NCBI RefSeq assembly: GCF_001194135.2 | Contig: NC_068984.1 | Location: 106,644,358-106,700,861 of the forward strand | Origin: Octopus bimaculoides | Lineage: Eukaryota | Direction of reading: 5' to 3' | DNA: 56,504 nt | Part shown: piece after piece, positions 48,509 to 56,504 of the stretch | Layout of the letters: each line of letters opens with the position of its first letter | How positions within the stretch are numbered: the first letter of the stretch is position 1 | The notes under the pieces: generated by a model | Databases searched by the model: none | The model's input: only the letters and a program-made list of their open reading frames with translations | What the model was told of the DNA's origin: nothing | Position numbers and translations under genes: made by a program

Positions 48509-49398
48509 AGAAACAGTATTAATCTTTCAGTTGCAAAGCATAACTATAAACATGTCAAAAAACATAGCGTTAAGACAGATATTAATGGAGAGGGACCGGG
48601 AGGATGAAGTGGGGCGAGTAAGGAAAATAACCCAGTGCAAAAATAAAAAGAAAAGAGAAAAGAATACAAATCAATAAACACATTAATAAATAAATACAAA
48701 AATAATAAATGATACAATGCTTACAAGATGGCAGCTTTCAAGTATGTAGTACCATCAACATCAGCAACATAATCGTCGTCGCCATCACTATATGTATANN
48801 NNNNNNNNNNNNNNNNNNNNNNNNNNNNNNNNNNNNNNNNNNNNNNNNNNNNNNNNNNNNNNNNNNNNNNNNNNNNNNNNNNNNNNNNNNNNNNNNNNNN
48901 NNNNNNNNNNNNNNNNNNNNNNNNNNNNNNNNNNNNNNNNNNNNNNNNNNNNNNNNNNNNNNNNNNNNNNNNNNNNNNNNNNNNNNNNNNNNNNNNNNNN
49001 NNNNNNNNNNNNNNNNNNNNNNNNNNNNNNNNNNNNNNNNNNNNNNNNNNNNNNNNNNNNNNNNNNNNNNNNNNNNNNNNNNNNNNNNNNNNNNNNNNNN
49101 NNNNNNNNNNNNNNNNNNNNNNNNNNNNNNNNNNNNNNNNNNNNNNNNNNNNNNNNNNNNNNNNNNNNNNNNNNNNNNNNNNNNNNNNNNNNNNNNNNNN
49201 NNNNNNNNNNNNNNNNNNNNNNNNNNNNNNNNNNNNNNNNNNNNNNNNNNNNNNNNNNNNNNNNNNNNNNNNNNNNNNNNNNNNNNNNNNNNNNNNNNNN
49301 NNNNNNNNNNNNNNNNNNNNNNNNNNNNNNNNNNNNNNNNNNNNNNNNNNNNNNNNNNNNNNNNNNNNNNNNNNNNNNNNNNNATATATATATATATA

Positions 49399-50575
49399 CA
49401 GGGGTTGGACGAAATAATGGAAACACCTTAAAATTTCAAACAAATTTATTTTAGCATGGGTCAGGACCGCATTTGGCAGTAATTAAAGCTTGACGTCTAC
49501 GAGCTATGGACTCGTACAAAGTTTGAATTGTTTCCAAAGGAATTTTTCTCTATTCTTCAGCTAAAATAGTCTCCAGTTCTTGCAGTGATGATGATGGAAA
49601 ATATCGACTTCTTACTTGTTTTTCTAAAATGCACCATAAATGTTCAATAATATTAAGATCTAGTGAACATGTTCAACTTCACTAGAATGTTCCACGTGCC
49701 ATTCAGTAACAACTTTGATGTGTGTATTGGTGCATTATCACCCTGAAAGATTACATTTCCCTCCGGAAACAGTTCCGCAACCATAAGATGAAATTGCTCA
49801 GATAAAATGCTTAAATAGTTTTGACTATTAATTCTGCCATGAAGGGAAACCACTGGGCTGGATTTGGAAGATACAGCAACCCAGATCATCACAGATCCTC
49901 CTCCATGTTTAATGATTGGAAGAATGCAGTCTGGGTTAAATGCTTCTTATGGCTGTCTCCACACGTATACTCGGCCGGTGGTCGGAAATAAGGTAAAGTA
50001 TCACTCGTCCGAGAAAATAACATTCTTTCACTGCTCTAGGGACCAATTCTGTAGGTTTTTACTCCTCGCTAAACGCTTTGCAACGTTTGTTTTTGAAAGT
50101 AGTGGTTTTCTCCTGTGGAATCCGGCTTTGTACATCTCCCTGCAAACAGTTTTTGTGGAAACTGGGTCTTCGAGGTGGTCACTAAGCTCTGCTGTAATTT
50201 TGGGAGCTTTAATTTTGTAATCCTTTCTAACAATTCGCATAAGAATCAGACGTCCCTATCTGAATGTTTTGGTTTTCTTCCGGAGTTTTGTTTCAACGAG
50301 GAGGTTTTTTCCCTCTTTCTCAAAGGCTCTCATTACTTTCGAGACAGTACTTCTTGATACACCAAATATTTTGGCTGTTTTCCTTACTTTGAAAGTCCGT
50401 TACATCTGTCATTTTAATGAATTTTAATTACCTTTTTCTGATGATATCTGAAAAGAAAGAGCAATTTTAGCAAAACCTATTACGCAACACTAATAATAAA
50501 TCAATAAACATAAAAATAAACAAGCTTTTGACAGTTTTATAGATATTTCAAAATTATGATGCCATGATGCTAGGC
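49399..50575 (-). mobile_element. Second decayed copy of the DD36E Tc1-like element
   Basis: 3' TIR TA-CAGGGGTTGGACGAAATAATGGAAACACC at 49397-49427; colinear with 9735-10850; fragments MMIWVAVSSKS..VSLHGRINSQNYL..IFQGDNAPIHT. The 5' TIR is replaced by a (TG)n tract. Confidence 0.92.
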
Positions 50576-50626
<51 letters not shown>

Positions 50627-50659
50627 TGGTGTGTGTGTATGTGTGTACGTATATATGTA

Positions 50660-50713
<54 letters not shown>

Positions 50714-51253
50714 ATTGTGTGTGCATATATGTTTGTATGTACATATATTAGGTATCGATATTTGATGATTTTAAATTAATAAAGAAATTTAGCACGAACA
50801 CTTTATCCAATGTTATTAAATTTCCAAATCCCAATGAGTAAAACAAAGTGAGGTGTGATTTGCAATTGCGATTATGGAGGCTTTTAAGATATCCGAAATA
50901 GTGGTGACTGGAAAGTTACCGTATATTAAATACGAGTCATATATCATATTGACTGTTTATACATTGATTTTCCTGTTTAACACTACACACACGTCCTAAA
51001 ATCTGTACATGTACAAACATACGTGTATATATAATTCTATATATATATATATATATATATATACATACATACATACATGCATACATGCTAAGCATAAGGC
51101 CGCACTGGGCATCTAACCTGTGTAGAAATAGGAGTCAAAACCTCTATAATCCACAGACAGCACTGAAAATATGACAGAGAACAAAATTAGGCGGGCGAAC
51201 GGTTAAAGAATTAAAAGCATACCATTAAAGATAGTGCCATTCGGATATTCTTA

Positions 51254-51299
51254 TACCATGGTTTCAAGTTTTGACTTTACGGGCCTCAACTTTCTTCAG
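51254..51299 (-). ncRNA. Candidate hammerhead-like motif (unrelated family)
   Basis: Revcomp CUGAAGA-AAGUU(GA)...(UCA)AAACUU-GAA-ACCAUGGU-A; stem I is poorly formed. Confidence 0.3.
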
Positions 51300-51595
51300 C
51301 ACGATTTACGAGAGGAAAAATTTCAAAACACGTCATGTTGAACTCTGGTGGCGCTCTGATTCGTTTTGCGCGGCAGGACTGCCTCTGTGCAGAAAAATTC
51401 AATGAGTGAATATTCATTAAGATATTATTATCCTTAATATTATCTGCTGTAAATATAGTATAGTGATAATAATAACAGCATTAGTATATATGGTTACAGA
51501 TATTAAATAGCATCAAATAGCTATAAAATTAAAATTGGCACTAAGAATATGACGCACTGCGAGGGATTACTGTATAGATACATAGATAGATCGAA

Positions 51596-51640
<45 letters not shown>

Positions 51641-52383
51641 NNNNNNNNNNATGTATGTGTACGTGTGAATCTATATGTATATGTTTATGTAGATATGTAT
51701 GAATTTTTAAAAGACCGTGTGTACGAGAAAGTTTTCATTCTACATTATTTCATTCTTCATTATTTCATTCTTCATTATCTACCAATCAGGTTTGCAGTAT
51801 TGTTTACTGGGCACGCAAGGTCTATACCTATGATCTTCGTAGTCTCTCCGAGGTTAGTCAGATTAGTGAATACTATGGTCAACTTGAACGAATTTCAGTC
51901 GACATCAGCATTAAAAGCTTGTGTTGAGGGGAATACCTGAGGCATTAAAAATAATAAATTAAAATACAAAGTATGAAAAATAATTAAATGTGGTAACTAC
52001 TGCTGTGCTCAAATGATATCGAATGTTGACCACCTTACCTTTCTACAATAATATCACATAACACTTATTTGTGAAAAAAACAACAACATTAACAAAACAA
52101 TATACAATACCAAAGATATGAAGAAAGTGAGCAATACGATAAAATAGTTTCAGTGTCGTGTATTATTGAAATTATCTCACGCGACTTCAATAAAAATATC
52201 TCCAAGCAGCCACCATTTTATGCTTTGGAAAGATTGCAAATTCCTCAGACATTATGCGATAACTATCACTTATGCCACAAATTTATGAAAGGCTTGTAAT
52301 GAGATATGGATTGCCAGGCCTTCTAAAGAAGTATGTAACGTACTTGCAATACCAAGGAATGTTTTCTTCATTGTCGCTTAAGT

Positions 52384-52601
52384 AAGGCGATGAGCTGGCA
52401 GAAACGTTAGCACGCCGGTTGAAATGCTTAGCAGTATTTCGCTTGTCTTTACTTGCTGAGTTCAAATTCCGCCGAGGTCAACGTTGCCTTTCATTCTTTC
52501 GGGGTTGATAAAATAAGTACCAGTTTCGTACAAGGGTCGATTTAATCGACGTGTCCTCTCACTCCAAAATTTCGGGCCTTGTGCCTAGAGTAGAAAAGAT
52601 T
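52384..52601 (+). mobile_element. SINE family A (AGTAGAAAAGA tail variant)
   Basis: Matches consensus; tail as in the second unit of the dimer at 18.9-19.1 kb. Confidence 0.9.
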
Positions 52602-52880
52602 CACTGTTACTTAAGTCGGGAAAGACAATTCTGTGTAGGTGTGTCACTGACAGCTCGTACACGCCAATGATAAGGCTCAAGGTTGCTGGAATATATCTGG
52701 TGCTCTAACGTTTGCTATTAGGAAAACATAATACACCGATATGTGTATTATGTTTTTAAGCACTACACATCCCCAAAAGATATTATCTATGTGAGAATAC
52801 TGCAATAACTTACTTATGAGTGGCGTATATACATTAAGTATGATATACAGATTGCTATATATATGCATGTCTGAAGGTCT

Positions 52881-52940
<60 letters not shown>

Positions 52941-52961
52941 ATAAATATATACACACACATA

Positions 52962-53018
52962 TATAATAATAATAACAACAGAAATAATAATGATAATAAC
53001 AACAACAACAACAACAAC

Positions 53019-53086
<68 letters not shown>
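52962..53086. repeat. (AAC)n/(AAT)n microsatellite
   Basis: Direct. Confidence 0.95.
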
Positions 53087-53087
<1 letters not shown>

Positions 53088-53088
<1 letters not shown>

Positions 53089-53645
53089 GCCCGGATGAAG
53101 TACCAGGTAGTGGCTCTCATGGCTTCTGATCTTACTTGATTGGAAGTGTTATCATGTACATTGTTTTGTTTTGGTATAAAAAGATGGGCTACAGCAAATA
53201 TTCTGCCCAGTAACACAGATTTGCTTGTCGGTTGTTTGACTTTGACCAGTTGAGTATGCCCCTTGGTGGCAGACGATATGTGCATCTCTTATCATGAGCA
53301 GAATTAGTGGAGGAGCATCATAGCCATGTGTTGAGAAGAATTATTTGGAGTTTGAATAATTCACCTTTGGAAACATATGTGTTTTGCTCAACATCCTTAA
53401 AGAAACCTTATTCAGGGATCTTTTGAGTGGAACGGGCTACTCGACCTGCAGAAAATTGTAACTGGGCCCCACCTGCGAGGTCATGCACTGTTTATCTTGA
53501 TATGAGATCACCATGTCACGCACGTATGGTTGTGATGCATGTGCCTGGTGTATCCGTATCAGACAATTAGACATGATGGGTATAATGGGCTTCATATATT
53601 TTACCCCAGTGTCATTTTGATGGCATGCTCTGCTCTCTCACTCAA
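53088..53645. mobile_element. ~560-bp unclassified unit flanked on both sides by (AAT)n; possible UTR of, or non-autonomous partner to, a (TAA)n-targeting element
   Basis: Sharp boundaries at the AAT arrays and richer in GC than its surroundings; single copy in this window. Confidence 0.45.
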
Positions 53646-53653
53646 TAATGATG

Positions 53654-53722
<69 letters not shown>

Positions 53723-53846
53723 TTAATAATAATAATAATCCGGTACCCTACGAAAACGATGACCGTCAAAATAANNNNNNNNNNNNNNNNNNNNNNNNNN
53801 NNNNNNNNNNNNNNNNNNNNNNNNNNNNNNNNNNNNNNNNNNNNNN

Positions 53847-53886
<40 letters not shown>

Positions 53887-53887
<1 letters not shown>

Positions 53888-54914
53888 CCGGTACCCTACG
53901 AAAACGATGACCGTCAAAATAAAGGGCCGGACGTTGTTCCTCATGTCCCGCAAACAAAACCAAAACGGCATAAATGGACACGTGGGGAATACATTTCGAT
54001 CCTACACGCCTATTTCACAGCAGTGCTCTACCCAAAAAACGAAAACGCAACAACACATACATATAAAATATGGAAGAAAAATAATGTAAATAAAGACCTC
54101 GATAAAACAATGAACCCTAACAAACTAGCTAACATAAGAAGATATATTCTAAAAGCAAAAAAAATATCAGAAATAGAAATAGAACAATTGAAAGGAAAAA
54201 TACATCAGGAAAATCTAGATAATAGTCACACAGCAATGCCAAATAACAATATAAACACTGAGATAGCAGAACACGAGGACAAACGTAACATTTCCGACAA
54301 AAACGAAGTAAACAAAAAACAACAAACCCAGACCGTAGAGATGTATAATAGTGGACAAAAAGCACGAATCCAGAACACCACAGACAAACATATGACTGAA
54401 AAGGAAGGCAAAACACATCTAAAGCCTGGGAATAACGAAGGAAAACCTAATAATTACGATACTATGAAAATGAGAATAACCAAATAACTAAAAACCACAG
54501 ATTTTAGAATGGACCACAGATTACATCTTCCAAAAATCAAAATAGACAATAAAACAACATCAATAAAAAATAGCATAAACCTGGCCGTCATGGAACTAAC
54601 AACCACAGAAACAACAGGCAATATCACTGAGCTAAATGACATAATATATGCGGCAGCCACTGCAGCTACAAACGAAGCAGGATCCTCACTCAAACCCATC
54701 CGAACAGGAGTTCTACCACCCAAACAGACCTTGCGGATAAATAACATCCAGACCAAAATTTAAAAAAAGAGAAAAGATTTATCGATTCTCAACGAAATTA
54801 GTAGACAATCAACACAACTAAGTAACAAGAAGAAAACAAAAATACTGTACAAATACAGCATTACAGAAAAAGACTTACCTGAGGCAAAAGAAAAACTAAA
54901 GCAAGACATCCTTG
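53887..54914 (+). mobile_element. Dong/R4-clade non-LTR retrotransposon, 5' part of ORF (two in-frame stops, truncated by gap)
   Basis: One frame: KRHKWTRGEYISILHAYF...TYKIWKK...NPNKLANIRRYILKAKKISEIEIEQLK...*...LPKIK...ELNDIIYAAATA...PPKQTLRINNIQTKI*KKRKDLSIL...KKKTKILYKY...KEKLKQ. This matches the pre-RT region of R4/Dong proteins as I recall them, and it begins right after (AAT)n. Confidence 0.75.
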
Positions 54915-55379
54915 NNNNNNNNNNNNNNNNNNNNNNNNNNNNNNNNNNNNNNNNNNNNNNNNNNNNNNNNNNNNNNNNNNNNNNNNNNNNNNNNNNNNNN
55001 NNNNNNNNNNNNNNNNNNNNNNNNNNNNNNNNNNNNNNNNNNNNNNNNNNNNNNNNNNNNNNNNNNNNNNNNNNNNNNNNNNNNNNNNNNNNNNNNNNNN
55101 NNNNNNNNNNNNNNNNNNNNNNNNNNNNNNNNNNNNNNNNNNNNNNNNNNNNNNNNNNNNNNNNNNNNNNNNNNNNNNNNNNNNNNNNNNNNNNNNNNNN
55201 NNNNNNNNNNNNNNNNNNNNNNNNNNNNNNNNNNNNNNNNNNNNNNNNNNNNNNNNNNNNNNNNNNNNNNNNNNNNNNNNNNNNNNNNNNNNNNNNNNNN
55301 NNNNNNNNNNNNNNNNNNNNNNNNNNNNNNNNNNNNNNNNNNNNNNNNNNNNNNNNNNNNNNNNNNNNNNNNNNNNNNN

Positions 55380-55413
<34 letters not shown>

Positions 55414-56348
55414 GTTAGATGGAATATAAATAAAATTTTCTGCTACACATAAGAGCAATAACCTATGTCGTTTGTTCATTTAGGATAAGATACATCCCTT
55501 ACTTGATTTTCACCTATCTTTATTTGAGAAAATGTACGGCTAGAAATTGTCTAAATATACGATGCGTTGAAACTCTGGTGCATGAATATATTTTGTGAAA
55601 ATAACCGATTTTGTTTCTCTTTCAGAGACTTAGGTTATTAAGTCTGAAATTTTCAGACAAAGAGAATGTATTCAAATGTTTTATATTGTAAAATTCTTAG
55701 TTATGCATATTTTTCATTAACCGGTTTGATGTTTATTGTTTGTATAATTCCTTTTCACATTTTTCGGTGTGGATATGCATAAACAAAATACTAAAATCAA
55801 GAATGTTGCAATGAGAAACGTGTCAACTTTTGTTTTCCTTTCTCTTTTCTTTCTTTAAATGCTTTGCCGCTTTAATTCATCAGAAATTCTACAACCAAGA
55901 ATTCAAACGCAAGTTTTAAAAATAACTCGCTGTGATCAGCTAAGTTAAGCATTATTTCCTTGACAATTGTTTTTGCTGTTATGCACATGGGCTTGGTAGG
56001 ATGCCTGAAGATTAGCTCATAGTTCGATAATAAAAGCCGAAGCTTATATAAAGTAAATATTGGTAAAGATTTCAATTTCGATATTACACAATGCGCTTCA
56101 TTTTGTTTAAAAATAAGAAGTTGAAATAAAACAACGATTGTTTCTTTGGAATAAGAACAAAGATAGGTTTTGTAAGAGCAGGAAGCATAGATAATTGAAT
56201 TGACATGAATAACCTCCACGTATCCAAATGATTGCATATTTTCTATTTTATCTCCTCATCTTTCACAGATCGGATGGTTGAAAGGCAACATCAAAACGAA
56301 TAGCCCAGTGGGAATTAAAACTTGGAACTGTGTTTCATTAATAACGAG

Positions 56349-56420
56349 GATGATGGTGATGATGATGATGATGATGATGATGATAATCATAATAATAATA
56401 GTAATAATAATAATAATAAT

Positions 56421-56485
<65 letters not shown>
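56349..56485. repeat. (GAT)n followed by (AAT)n
   Basis: Direct. Confidence 0.95.
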
Positions 56486-56488
<3 letters not shown>

Positions 56489-56504
56489 GAGCTACTGCCT
56501 GATA

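Noticed and set aside
53739-53921. Apparent direct duplication of CCGGTACCCTACGAAAACGATGACCGTCAAAATA on both sides of a gap
   Set aside because: An identical sequence at both contig ends around a 72-N gap is most simply an unmerged overlap, not a real repeat or TSD.

Overview
AT-rich, repeat-dense eukaryotic (animal) DNA from a gapped assembly, with 15 N-runs, most abutting microsatellites. The SINE families and microsatellite load look like a coleoid cephalopod, probably Octopus; this is inferred from memory of the repeat families, not searched. I recognise no intact host gene, rRNA, true tRNA gene or CRISPR. Most long ORFs in the track are artefacts of N-runs or microsatellites. The window is a graveyard of decayed mobile elements. 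DNA transposons: four DD37D (maT-type) relics, two DD36E Tc1-like relics, a Tc1/mariner deletion derivative and a hAT-like relic. Retroelements: Penelope-like RT and GIY-YIG remnants, a Dong/R4-like non-LTR element next to (AAT)n, L1/Tx1-like remnants and three tRNA-derived SINE families (~18 copies or fragments). Most notable are (i) a family of minimal type-I hammerhead-ribozyme motifs in Penelope-like terminal repeats (7.8, 17.2, 19.5 kb), plus an unrelated candidate at 51.3 kb; (ii) several long fold-back structures that could form dsRNA; (iii) an in-frame 4x amplification of a transposase catalytic-Asp motif; (iv) a composite SINE carrying an internal microsatellite; (v) a DD36E/DD37D fusion; and (vi) a Dong-like element in (TAA)n. 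All alignments and translations were done by eye.
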